A stretch of 64,000 nucleotides of DNA from Octopus vulgaris (taxonomy: Eukaryota), in assembly GCA_951406725.2 (NCBI GenBank), contig OX597817.1, positions 17,732,001-17,796,000 of the forward strand, given 5' to 3'. The translations under genes were made by a program, and so were the position numbers. Below, piece by piece: positions 1 through 12,350 of the stretch (within the stretch, counting starts at the first letter, position 1; each line of letters opens with the position of its first letter). The notes beneath the pieces were generated by a model. It did not search any database and was not told the DNA's origin. It saw only the letters and a program-made list of their open reading frames with translations.

Positions 1-710
1 AACCCTTCCCCCCTACCCCTTTTGAGCCTAATTAACAAAATCTCAATAATAAAGATCATTATTTGATATCATTTAAGTTTTCAACCAATAGTACATTCCT
101 AACCTCAAAGCAATCTGCAGCAATATAATTCAAACTTTTATCACCAGAGGGAAGTTCATCTTCTGCCCATATTTTCATTAGACATGGATTTGTAGAGGTT
201 CAAGCTGATTATCAATTTTATTAACCCCACATCTATTTCACAACACCCATAGAGGTATTTGTAATTCAAAATTTTCTTGTACTGATTCTTTACTCAACTG
301 AAAACATGAGATAATCTTCATCAACACACGCGTTTATTTCATCAGGTTTTTGTCCACTTTATCCATATATGTTTTATTGCTTATCTATCTATTTAGTTTT
401 GAAAAGGCTGAAAAAAAGAACTTAAATAAAACCAATAATTGGAACAGAATTTTTTTCCATTTCATTACTTGCTTATTTTTTTACTTTCTTATTTTCTCCA
501 TAACCTCCTGGCATATACTAAATAAATAAAAATGCATCTAAATCATTCATTACTATAAATTTGGTTAAAATAGAACTGATTGTGAAAGAGTGACAATCTG
601 CTATCTGATTATATTTAATAATGTGTTTTTTTTTTATAAAAGATCTACACAGGTGTTAAATAAAGAGAAAGTGAAAATAAAAGAAAGTGGGTAAAAAAGT
701 AAAAACATAC

Positions 711-794
711 TTTTTCCTTGCATCCCTATTGAAGACTTTAAGTTTAATGGGTGTACAGCCAGATTTCTGATCAATTCCGATTTAACTGAATTTA
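711..794 (-). CDS. PIAS: Probable PIAS linker exon (phase 1 to phase 1)
   Basis: Strong acceptor ttcttatttttcaattttcag, donor A|gtatgt, 84 nt. Open in the required phase: (L/I)NSVKSELIRNLAVHPLNLKSSIGMQGK. No recognisable conserved domain. Confidence 0.6.
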
Positions 795-3700
795 CTGAAA
801 ATTGAAAAATAAGAACCATTATTGCTATGGTTCTCCAAACACATATAAATCAAAGTCAGATAAGGTTTTCCTTATACTGATTAAATTTATACTTCACCAT
901 AAACACCTCATCTATAACCATTACATTAGGTAAACTAACAGAGAAGGTTGTGAAAAGAGAAAATGTAGTGTAAAAGGATAAAAATGGTAAATGTGAAGAA
1001 AGGAGAATATTTAAGCTTTTATATAACACGTCTGCACACACTATCACATTTATTCACCAGCAACAAGGCAGCCAAACAAACATGTCAAACAAATATTGTT
1101 CATTCATCAACAAAACAAAACTAAAACATCCACTAAGTCGGATGCCTTTTCATAACCAAAACTGTATCCTAAAGGAGAGACCTCCTTTTTTTTGAAAAGC
1201 GAAAACTATTTTATATCTTAACAGTTGCTGACATTCTACATGATAAAAAAAATGCTCCAAGCAATGGAGTATTGATCATATATCTGTGATAGTGCAGCTG
1301 GTACACATACATTGTAGATGGCAAAAAAAGGGGCTATCTGCATGATAAACAAACTCCTACTTGTCAATACATACCCACAAACAAACAACAATATTCCATG
1401 TCTGATCTAAGCTAGCAAACTTAAGTCAAGCATACTCAAACCACAACTCATCCTCCTTAGTATATCACACACCATAAACCCAATTCAAAGAACTTTATTC
1501 AAACTTTTATCACTAAGGGGAGTTCATACTCGATCCATATTTTCTTTACAGATATGGACTTCTAGAAGTATACCAATTCCAGTAACCTTACAAGCTTAGA
1601 AGGGTCTGCAGAGGATAAGGGTAGTACCATTTTGCTTGAACTAAATCATATTAATGATTATGCATACACACACCTGAATGCACCTTCATTTTAATAGTTT
1701 AGTCAGAGGAGGAAGACTAATGATCCTTTTTCAGAGCCTTTGTAATTGGTGTGAGGTGTAAGGGAGAATGTTATCCGAAGACTGAAAACCTGGTCCAAAC
1801 ATTTGCAAGAGAGGACTTGCAGAAGAGGGAAACCCAGGGAGATATGGGACAAAGTGGTGAAGGCTGATCTCAGGACCTTCATGAGATTACAAAGGCCCAG
1901 GATTATTGTGATATACCATTCTCGATAAGACCTACCTAATCCTACCACCCGTCATTTCTCTAATTAGTTCTTCCTTGATGCTACTTATTTTTCTTACTAT
2001 CTGAAACCATTTCACTTGTTATTCATCCTTCATTCATAAATACTCTTCTCTCTGCCCATACTTTATATTGATCACTCCACCACCACCTGACGCTCACTCT
2101 CCTCCCACACTCCTGCAACTTACCTAACATCATTCCCCTCTCCTCACCCATTTTCCATCTCTCACTATTGCAACTTCTACCCACCTACACTCCAGTTTCT
2201 TCTGTTAACCATTCACTTGTACACACCTCATTCCTTGAGGGTTACCTGCACACCTCATCACCACTACTTTTATCTCCTTCCAGCTCCATTCAATTACTCT
2301 CACCTAAAAGGTGAGTAGTCCTGTAGCTCTTCTACAATAAGAAACCAATTCTACTCTGCCTCCTAATCTCATACTTTAATGCCTCATCTCCATCCACTCA
2401 AGTTTTGTAGTCTTGCAAGCTGCATGGCAACCTCATCAATGCTGGTGGCATGAAAAAAGGTACCCAGTACACGCTGTAAAGTGGTTGGTGTTGGAAAGGG
2501 GCAACTGATGAAGTTCTTCGACATATTGGATCTTATCAGACGAAGACATGCAATAAGTGAAGGCACATCAAGAAGTCTGGACATACTTTTGGGGTGGCCT
2601 AGAAGCAAATAACATTGTTAAGTTATTGTTTACAAGGCAGTGAGCACAAGAGAAAATGCAAACACACACACATGGTGGGCTTCTTTCAGTTTCTACCATA
2701 TCCACTCATGTGACTTTAGTCAACTCAGAGCATACTTGCCCAAGGTGCCACACAGTAGGACTGAACCTAAAATCAGGTGGTTGGGAAGCAAGCTTCATCC
2801 ACACAGCTAAGCTTGCACCTTTCTATAGATATCATTGCATCAGCATCACTTTTATCCCTAGGGAAGTTGTGGAAGAGAGAAACCCAGGAAGACATAGGAC
2901 AAAGCATTTGAAAGCTATCTCAAAACGCTGAGCCATATGAAGATGACAGAGGAGCAAAATATGTGACACATTGCTGTATTCAAGAAGACCCACCCACCAC
3001 AACATAACCAAAACCCTAAAACCAAGGTGCCATGTAAAAAGCACCTAGCTGTAGAAGCCAAGCAAAAACAGACTAGGGAACCTGGTGTAGCCCCAGGCCT
3101 TGCCAATCCCTCTCAAGGCATCCAACCCATGCCATCATAGAAAATGGACATTAAATGTTGATGTTTTTCTATGTTTGCATGGGTTAGACAGAATTCCTTG
3201 CAGTAGATTTTCTATGGCTGGATACCCTTCCTACCAATAACCCTCAGCTGTTTGCAAGCAAAGTAATATTTTTAACCCGGCCAGATGTTTTCTTAGGAGA
3301 CTGGAAATGGAAGGCACCATTTGCATGTCAGTATCATTTACTTACAGCTAGCGCATGATGCCAAATCAAGAAGACTAAGACACACGTGCACAAGTACATG
3401 CTCACACACACACACTTAACTGCTATCTTTTGGTTTCTCTCTACAAAATTCACCCACAAGGCCTTGGTCAGATTAGGATTATAGCAGTCACGTGCCCAAG
3501 ATGCCATTCAGTGGGACTGAACCCAAAACCATGTGATTTCAATGGGTGTTTAACCAAGATACAGCACTGCCTTTCATGGTTTTAGTTTGATTACACCAAC
3601 TCAGTATTTGGTCTGTTAATTTATTTCATCAGTCACCTAACAGGAAAGACAAAGTTACCCATGGTTTAAGGGTCCTAAAATAGAGGACGAAATATCACAA

Positions 3701-4042
3701 GGTATTTTTGTTTCATGTTTAATTCTGCCACTGCCACTACTGCTCCACTAACACACCCATGGCTGATGGGTGCTGAGCTTCTACACAGTACTCACCTACA
3801 TTTAATTCACAATTTAATTATGGTAGAAATGCATGGTATGGTCAAAATGGATTAACAGGGTTAGGAAATGAGTTGCTTAATCAGTCAACCAAATCTCTAA
3901 TGCTGAAATTGGAACGTTGTTCAGTTCTATATTTAAGAGATGGGGAATGGTGTACATTATTTACATTTGACGGATATTTGTCTTTATCTTGTTTGTTGTT
4001 AATATTGGAACGTTGCTGTCCACATTTATGCTTTATGTATAA

Positions 4043-4642
4043 TTAGCGTTATGACCCGGCGTTGCTGGGTCATAGTGAATGCATATACAGCTGCGTGCGA
4101 GCTGGCAGAAACGTTAGCACGCCGGGCGAAATGCGTAGCCGTATTTCATCTGCCATTACGTTCTGAGTTCAAATTCTGCCGAGGTCGACTTTGCCTTTCA
4201 TCCTTTCGGGGTCGATAAATTAAGTACCAGTTACGCACTGGGGTCGATGTAATCGACTTAATTCGTTTGTCTGTCCTTGTTTGTCCCCCCCTATGTTTAG
4301 CCCCTTGTGGGTAATAAAGAAACACATACAGCTGCGTGCATACGCACATACACGCGAGTACTGTCCAAATCTCTGACCAATCACATACAGCTAGCTGGCA
4401 TTCAATTGGTGTATCAAGTTTCAGGCAATTTGATTGGGTTTTGGATAGAAAATTCACAAAAAAGTCACTTCTATTGATTTTTTTAATAGCTTTGCGGGGT
4501 GACTGGGGAAATGTAAAGATGTGCACGACCACCCTCGGACGGTTTTGAATGACCATAGAAAGTGCGAGCCCTCTAACTGAAAAATTGTGGATTTGTATAA
4601 AGGACACACACGCAGACATTTTGCTGTTTATATATAGAGAGA
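4043..4642 (-). mobile_element. Non-autonomous Helitron (with nested SINE B)
   Basis: Minus strand begins A|TCtctctatatataaa and ends with hairpin acccagcaacgccgggt then CTAA|T. No TSD. Confidence 0.75.
4099..4325 (+). mobile_element. SINE family B (central gcctttcatcctttcggggtcgataaa..agtacc domain), nested in a Helitron
   Basis: tRNA-like head with B box gagttcaaatt. 14-bp TSD atacagctgcgtgc at 4085-4098 and 4326-4339. Confidence 0.88.
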
Positions 4643-4959
4643 TTATTTAGCACAACATGGGTATCTTGAACAATGTTTTCATTCAAGACAGGTTATGTCC
4701 CTTGCTCCAGCAAGCTGACACCTGTTTTAGTACCCACCCATGGTGACTTCATGTGTGTTATTGCTGTCTGGTGAATTAGATGCTATTATAATATTGAATT
4801 TTGTAATTCCATATCAGCAGATTTTCTTTACATATTAGATATTAATTTCAAGCAAATTACTTTGCAGTCAAGGACAATGAATTACCAACACAACTTATCG
4901 TCCTAAATCATTTCTGGTTTCAGTCATAACTATTGTTGTAGTGTCCTTTATCATTTTCT

Positions 4960-5475
4960 TTTCAAGATTCAACTATTTGAGATTAGCGTTCACCACTCCT
5001 TTCCATGTCTTCCTCCTCAGCAGGTTCCTTCTACCTACTTGGATCATTGGCACTTCTTAAGCCAGCCATCATCCTCTATACATATCACATATCCATAACA
5101 ATGTAATCTCTCTTTCATTCTAAATCTGATTCCTTTTAAACTCAGTTGTTCTATCAGTTCATTTGTACTCCATTCATGCACACTTAACATTTATACATGT
5201 AGCAGAGCAAGCTCACCTCATTTATTTCCAAGCTTGGCATATTCTCACATTCAACATTCGTGTTTTACCATCATGCAACATTGTGCTTTGTACACAAGCA
5301 TCATGCAATTTACCCTTCAGTTGGAGAGAGAATCCATTTATTTTCAGCAGAGGTAACATTTCCCTCAACTTTTTCCAACCATTCTTATTTTGGTTACAAC
5401 CATCAAAATACCCAGCTACACAACTAAGTAGATTTGCTAGGTAACAGAAGCTATCAATTACTTTTAGAAACCTTT
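4960..5475 (-). mobile_element. Decayed RTE LINE fragment
   Basis: Recognisable similarity to the 26481 and 28820 elements (gtagaaggaacc...aggaagacatgg). Boundaries approximate. Confidence 0.6.
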
Positions 5476-5492
5476 TGTGTATGCATGCTTAT

Positions 5493-5531
<39 letters not shown>

Positions 5532-8500
5532 GGAAAGGCAAAGTGTTTCAGAGAGTTGCAGTGTGGGTCATAAAGGTTCAGGCAAAACATATAGTGCAGA
5601 GTTTATGGGGTGAGATAGAAAAGCAGGTGGGATTGCTTGGTAGTAACACAAAGCTTGCAAGTTCAGCAGGATGGGTTAGTGGTGGTCATACAAAGCTTGT
5701 TGGTTCAAAGAAGCAAGAATAATTTTACCAATGATAAAATAGTAAGAGAAAGGATACAATGTTGTCATTGTACCGCTGGTTGTAGTATGCTAATGAATGA
5801 AGTTTTGTCAATCAGTCGAAAAACTTTTGGAATATGATGTAGAATGATTGTGTGTAGCAGATATGTAAGCACTGCTGCAGTGTGAGACACAGTGTGTGAT
5901 ATAAGATCAACAGCTGTTCAAAGTTGAAGTAACTTCTAATCCTGAACAGACAGTCTTTTAAGATATGCTATAAATACATGGTTTTACGTTATAATTAAAT
6001 GGTCGCAGATTATGAGTTCCCAAATGTTGTAGTCATGATTTATTCATAATCAGAAAAAAAAAAGAGAACACAAGGTTGTATATTTTCTTGGCATGTGTAT
6101 TAACTGTTTTACTACTGCTGAAGCAGATAAAGATGTTGACTGAATGTAACAGCTTGTAGGATTTTTTGGGGGTGGGTGGGTCCTTCTCAAACTCTATGAT
6201 ACACTATACAGAATTTTGGTCAAAGAACTGTTGTTGACAAATTGTAACAGGGCAATCTGACTGCAAACTGCAAATCCCAGAAATGAGAAATGGTAGCACT
6301 ATAAACTATACTAAGTGGCTGTCAGAAACTCTGACTTAGCTAAGGATTATTTTTAAGATGGATGGTTTTTGTAATTGGCAAATAATTAACCAGGTCAAAG
6401 AGATTATACCGATTGGGAAATATGTACAAGGAAAACAGGTTAGTAAAGATAGTGGATTTAATGGAAGAGTATTCTTTACATCATATTCATTAAAAAAAGG
6501 TGTGTAAGTGGATTAGGTAACATTTATAAGAATTTAGATGAGGAAACAGATTACCTAATGTTGATGTGTTGTTAGCTATGTTAATATGTAAGGAATGCAG
6601 GGCCAGATGGAGTTGTGTGCATTGAAGTCATCAAGGTTAATGAATTTAGAGAGAGATGTCATGAAAAGCTGTCTTCAAATGTAATATGAGAGACGGTCAA
6701 ACAACTATATTCATGTAGCTTTTATTTTTGTGACAGAGCAATTAACAATATCAGTTACTCTTTTGTATAAAAATTTTTTCTGTATACTTATTTATGTATG
6801 TACTAAAATAAACTTTTGCTAAATATAGTTTGTTTAATCTTATGCTGTTCATAGTTCATTTGCTACTAGAAACATTAACTGCCAAAACTGAGTTCAATTA
6901 TTTAAATTTCTAAACACACTCGTATACACATTACATTGTCTCGCTAGAATGGTGATTACTTTTGTGGCACAAAAATAGGAAGGTTGTTGAATAAATCATA
7001 AATTAACCAATATACATTTTTAATATTGAAGTAATACTAGACATTACAGTACCAATTTTAAATAGAAAAAAAAACAATAGGTCTACTAATGACACTCAAA
7101 CATGTATCTATAATTGCATGCTGGGTGATAAACAATGGAAAGCTTAATTTGAATCTAGTTAGTGGCTCTGTTTGCTCCTTTTATTATTTATGTTGCTAAG
7201 TAGTTCAGAACTGAACAAAGATCAGAGTTCTTTTCCTGTCTTTGTTAGCCTGATTTTAGTCCTTAAAGCAAATGGAAATTCAACCAAGCAATCCTTAAAT
7301 CTAATAACTCAATTACTGCATTGTACTACACACAAACATACATTGAACAATTATTAGTATAACTTGCCATGCAAAATGCTGCTCTTAAATGTGTTTAATT
7401 GACCCAAATAAAATCAATAAAAGTAAATTCTTTTGCACTTATTCTAAAGCATAAATTATGTGTTCAAATAATAGCAGTGGATTACTTCAATTATTTGCAA
7501 TTCATAATTAAGTCATAAGGTTTAGCATTTTCTAATTAGTATTAACATTAGCCACAATTCCCTAACAACTTATTTTCAGGGTGAACCAATTCCAGCTTAA
7601 TCAAAATGCTTGCATTATTTAGTTCTGTCACTTAACATTCAGAGTTTAAATCCTGCTGAGATCAACTTTGCATCCATTCTTCCAGAATCAAAAAAAATAC
7701 CAGTTATGTACTCAGGTTGATTTGATTCATCCTAAATTTCTGGACTTATGTCTATATTAGAAATATCTTAGAAAGGCACTATGCACTTGTTTTCAAAACA
7801 AATTTACAGAACTGAATACAGCTACTACAAGATATTCTAATTTTAAAATAAACTTAAATTTTATTGTTAAAATAAAATTTTATGGCTTTTTTTGATGAAA
7901 ACATAAAAATAATCTTACATTAATACTTTAACTCAGAATTTTTTTGAAGAGGCATAAAGACTATGATGTAGTTTCGTAACATTCCTAAAAGCCGATCATT
8001 CAATTTGTTGAGAAATTCTCACTATACAATTCTCAGCACTTTGAATTTTACAAAAATTCATTCATTTATTATTTTCTTTGAAGAACTAGCTAAGAAATCA
8101 GCAGAAAAAACTTAGGCCAAAGTTAAGTATCACTGACAATATACAAACTACCAAACCCACAACTGGTTCTATGGTATACCATCAACTGTACTGCAATACC
8201 AATTTAAAGCAGCTTATAAAGACTTCCATTTTTAACAAGTCTCAATGTTTTCATAACAAATATGGATTTCATTAAAATATATTTATATATAATTTTCTTT
8301 CTGCTGCTTTATTTCTACTTTTCATGAAAGCACATGAGAATACTTTTTGCATATTTGTTCATCTGAATATTTACTACAGATATGTGCCATTCCCATTGCT
8401 AATCAATCGGCCTTGTAGTAAAATGGCATCTGTTGGCAGACGAACAGATTGAAGAAAGCACAGTAAAAAGCTTTGAATTAAAGGCAAGGACAATAGATGC

Positions 8501-8763
8501 AGTAAGTGTTGAATTCATGACCATATCAGGTAGGAGGGTTCAAACACTTCAAAATCTGATGTTACAGGTAATAATGAAACTAAATAAGGTTAATCGGTAA
8601 TGTATTGCAATATAATTCTGTTGAGTGTATTGCATTATATTCTGTTGAATGTCTAAAAATCTAAAATATGTTCCTGTGAAAATATATCGGCCACATCCAG
8701 CCTCTCCCAATTTCATTCTAAAAATAAACAATTACATCACTGAAATCTCAAAGCTGCAAGATT

Positions 8764-9143
8764 ACTCTTTTACGTGTTTCAGTCATTTGACTGCGGCCAT
8801 GCTGGAGCACCGCCTTTAATCGAGCAATCGACCCCGGGACTTATTCTTTGTAAGCCCAGTACTTATTCTATCGATCTCTTTTGCCGAACCGCTAAGTAAC
8901 GGGGACATAAATACACCAGCATCGGTTGTCAAGCAATGCTAGGGGGACAAACACAAACACACACACACACACATATATATATATACGACGGGCTTCTTTC
9001 AGTTTCCGTCTACCAAATCCACTAACAAGGCTTTGGTCAGCCCAAGGCTATAGTAGAAGACACTTGCCCAAGGTGCCACGCAGTGGGACTGAACTCGGAA
9101 CCATGTGGTTGGTAAACAAGCTACTTACCACACAGCCACCCCT
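8764..9143 (-). mobile_element. tRNA-derived CORE-like SINE (family A, octopus OR-type)
   Basis: Head ggagtggctgtgtggtaag...ggttc(a/g)agtccc (A and B boxes), CORE-like ggcaccttgggcaagtgtct, internal (TA)n/(CA)n, tail (aaagagt)n. Interrupts a piggyBac-like MITE remnant. Confidence 0.9.
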
Positions 9144-10057
9144 ATGTGTGATAAATTCAAAACAATGTGAATAAATATGCAATATATTTGATGGAGTAAT
9201 CCGAATGTTGTAGGAATAAAATCTAAGTGAAAAGGGCAACACGTAAAACTGTGGCACAGGGAGAAGTAATGAACAACGTATGAGAAGACTCGAACATTTA
9301 AGAAAAGAAATGTAAATACTGTCTTATTGGAAACTGGAAAGAAGATACTAAAAATATTGCGCTGACGGTTTCCCATAAGAAATGGAAAAGAACAAAACAG
9401 GAATGATAGTATCACTCTTTTAGGTCTTTTGGATTTTATTTTGTAAACATGTGCCCCAGCATGGCCGTGGCCCTCGGGCTAAAACATTTTTAAGGATTTA
9501 AGGATTTATATGTAAACATATAGACCTGTAGGTGATGCATGCATGTAGAAGGAGGTTCTATGTGTGTGTTCATTTGACACTGGAATAAAGAAGTTAGCGA
9601 AAATCTGAGATGAGGGAAGAGATGATCCTGTGAAACAGAAATGGGTAAATAATATGGGATGAAAGGGGCAAAGCCATGTTGCTTGATTCAACTCCTATGA
9701 GAGAAAGGGAGGGGGAGAGAGAGAAGGGGAGGCAACAGCCAGCTTCTATGAAGTATTCCAGGAGAAGAAAGGAGTCAGCTAAGAAGTAAATTATAGATGA
9801 ACTGTGACAGTTTTTTCTAAGCCAAAAACTGAAAACAAAATATAAATATTGTTGGACCATTATCAACAGAGGTGTGAATACCATAACTGTGATGTTACAT
9901 ACTGCAAATATTTTAGATTTCAGTAATGTTGCAGTTCTATGAAATTTGTTAGCAACTTTATCACCATTCATGTGTCCCCCACCCCCACCCCATGAGGTTT
10001 GATTTATAAGTTCACTGAATCTGCCACAGAACATTTCTCTCCAACAGTTATGAAATA

Positions 10058-10327
10058 TGTAAAGTATCATAGCCATCTCAATATGGCTAACCACAAAGGT
10101 GGGTGTTACTGTAGCTTTTTAGCCCCAGGAGATCATCGTCTCCAGCTGGCTTTAGACACAATTTCTGTGCCCTTAAGGTATTGTGTCTAAAGCCAGCTGG
10201 AGACGATGATCTCCTGGGGCTAAAAAGCTACAGTAACACCCTCTTTGTGGTTAGCCATATTGAGATGGCTATGATACTTTACATTGTCGAGCGATTACTG
10301 TTTACATCTCGTTCTGAGATTTAATAA
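10058..10327. mobile_element. Insertion consisting of a long fold-back hairpin plus a unique tail, with 12-bp TSD
   Basis: Inverted arms 10057-10162 and 10180-10284; direct repeat agttatgaaata at 10046-10057 and 10328-10339. Confidence 0.8.
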
Positions 10328-11031
10328 AGTTATGAAATACTCTACAGTAAATTTAGTATTAATTCAACACACTTCATATAGGTTTTGTTATGTGCAATAA
10401 TAAATGTGAATTTTTGGTTTATCTTTTCTATTAATGCATTTGCTTTTAGTTTTCTTGCTTGCTGCAAATTATTACTTTCACCTATGTATTTTACTCCTAC
10501 TCACTCAGGTGCAGTTAATTAAAAAGAAAATGGTCATCATCTCAGAAACAACAACACAAATCTTTGATTGGTAAATCAACATCAATATAATGGACATTTC
10601 AGGCAACTTTATTATGAATAGTTCTGTTGCAGATGAAAGCAAGTTTCATTATTCATTTTGATATCTCTCCACCCAAAAAAAAAAAATAATTAACAATAGC
10701 TTACAATTTGCTGTTTGAAATAAAGGCTATTATTTTTAGATTTCTCAAAATGTTTGACGTTTCTCATTATCTTTTGTTATAATCTCATTTTAATGGAAGG
10801 ATATACAAAATGTTTTCAGGTTTTCAGGTATAACAATCATTAACATTCTTTATTGTAAGGAACTGCTTATGCTATATTTTTCTGAAATTAATTTCAATAG
10901 GATTTTCCATTAACTTCCCTGTTCACACAGAACCTAATATAATTCTTATTTGATGACAGATGCTCTAATGATTTCAACAAAGAGCATATTCATGCTCAGT
11001 TAATGAACAGCCTAATCATTAAATTTAATAA

Positions 11032-11421
11032 GCAAGGAGTGGCTGTGTGGTAAGTAGCTTGCTAACCAACCACATGGTTCCAGGTTCAGTCCCACTGCGT
11101 GGCACCTTGGGCAAGTGTCTTCTGCTATAGCCCCGGGCCGACCAATGCCTTGTGAGTGGATTTGGTAGACGGAAACTGATAGAAGCCTGACGTATATATG
11201 TATGTATGTGTTTGTGTGTCTGTGTTTGTACCCCTAGCATTGCTTCACAACCAATGCTGGTGTGTTTACGTCCCCGTCACTTAGCGGTTCGGCAAAAGAG
11301 ACCGATAGAATAAGTACTGGGCTTACAAAGAATAAGTCCCGGGGTCAATTTGCTCGACTAAAGGCGGTGCTCCAGCATGGCTGCAGTCAAATGACTGAAA
11401 CGTGTAAAAGAGTAAAAGAGT
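11032..11421 (+). mobile_element. SINE family A
   Basis: Near full-length copy, highly similar to 8764-9143 but in opposite orientation. Confidence 0.9.
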
Positions 11422-12335
11422 AATTGGTTCAGTATTCTAGAGGCGTGTTGCTCTACATGTAAATCTAAGGCTGAATCAGTGTGATATGTTGAGCCTTTAA
11501 ATCACAGGTACAGTACAAACCATCTGGTAGGCCTCCAGAAAGTTTCCACCGATGCAGTTTCACTCACAATGCCTGGATCAATGAAAGGCCAAAGGCACCC
11601 AGAATACCATACAGCAGGATTGAATCTAGGACTTCCTGATTACAAAATGAACTTCTTAACCACTCTTACTTCATGAGTAAGAAATTACAACCTTCTAAAA
11701 ACGTTTACTTGGCACAGAAACACTCATCCGAAGCAGCCAACATCTTCAGTTTTAAAGTTATTTATTTAAAATATATTTGAGTTTAATTTGTATCTAAATT
11801 AATTAACATGAATGTTTATGGCTTCTTTATCATCTCACACATGCATGCATGCACGTACACACACACACACACATTTTATTTACTTGTGCAAAATTAAATA
11901 AATTTATTAGAAAACACCAGAGTCAAAACCGGAAATAGAATAATACTCAAGTGTAAAATTACATATATATGTATAATTAATTTCTTGAGCAATCACGTGT
12001 GTATGTATTTTACTGATGAAATGGCTTTAGCAAGAAACTGTTATACAAGGAACACTGGCTATACAAGAGCAGAAGCAGGAAGAGGAAAATAATTTGAGTT
12101 CAATCCACCTTCTGCCATGAATATGATCCATCAACAAAGAACTTTCTGTTTCTATTAAAAACACATTTCTCAACTATAGATAAATACTACAAATTCATTA
12201 ATAACAATGTAAAAGTGAGCTAGACTTGTCTGGTCAGTATGAATTCCTGGATCTCATACCATAAATGCAAGATGCACATCCAGCCAACTTAATCTTAACA
12301 TTCAGCAAGTAAGTACATATGTTTAAATTACTCAC

Positions 12336-12350
12336 TTGAGAGGATTGTGC
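12336..12350 (-). CDS. Candidate 15-nt microexon of PIAS (phase 1-1)
   Basis: tgctttctctctctccccatatatatcataaccttag|GCACAATCCTCTCAA|gtgagt. Open in phase 1 and adds (C)TILS. Confidence 0.5.

Noticed and set aside
325-347. Penelope-type hammerhead (minus strand cctgatgaaataaacgcgtg); similar CTGATGA motifs at about 2505, 12013 and 13285
   Set aside because: None has an intact CUGANGA-stem II-GAAA core with closing stems I and III; at most these are decayed relics.
893-934. 42-nt exon after a long pyrimidine tract
   Set aside because: It is open only in phase 2, whereas phase 1 is required here (which gives TAA), and the donor gtataa is weak.
100-1570. Diverged duplicate of about 80 bp (about 128-197 and 1496-1568)
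   Set aside because: There is no ORF or splice pattern; most likely two remnants of an old repeat.
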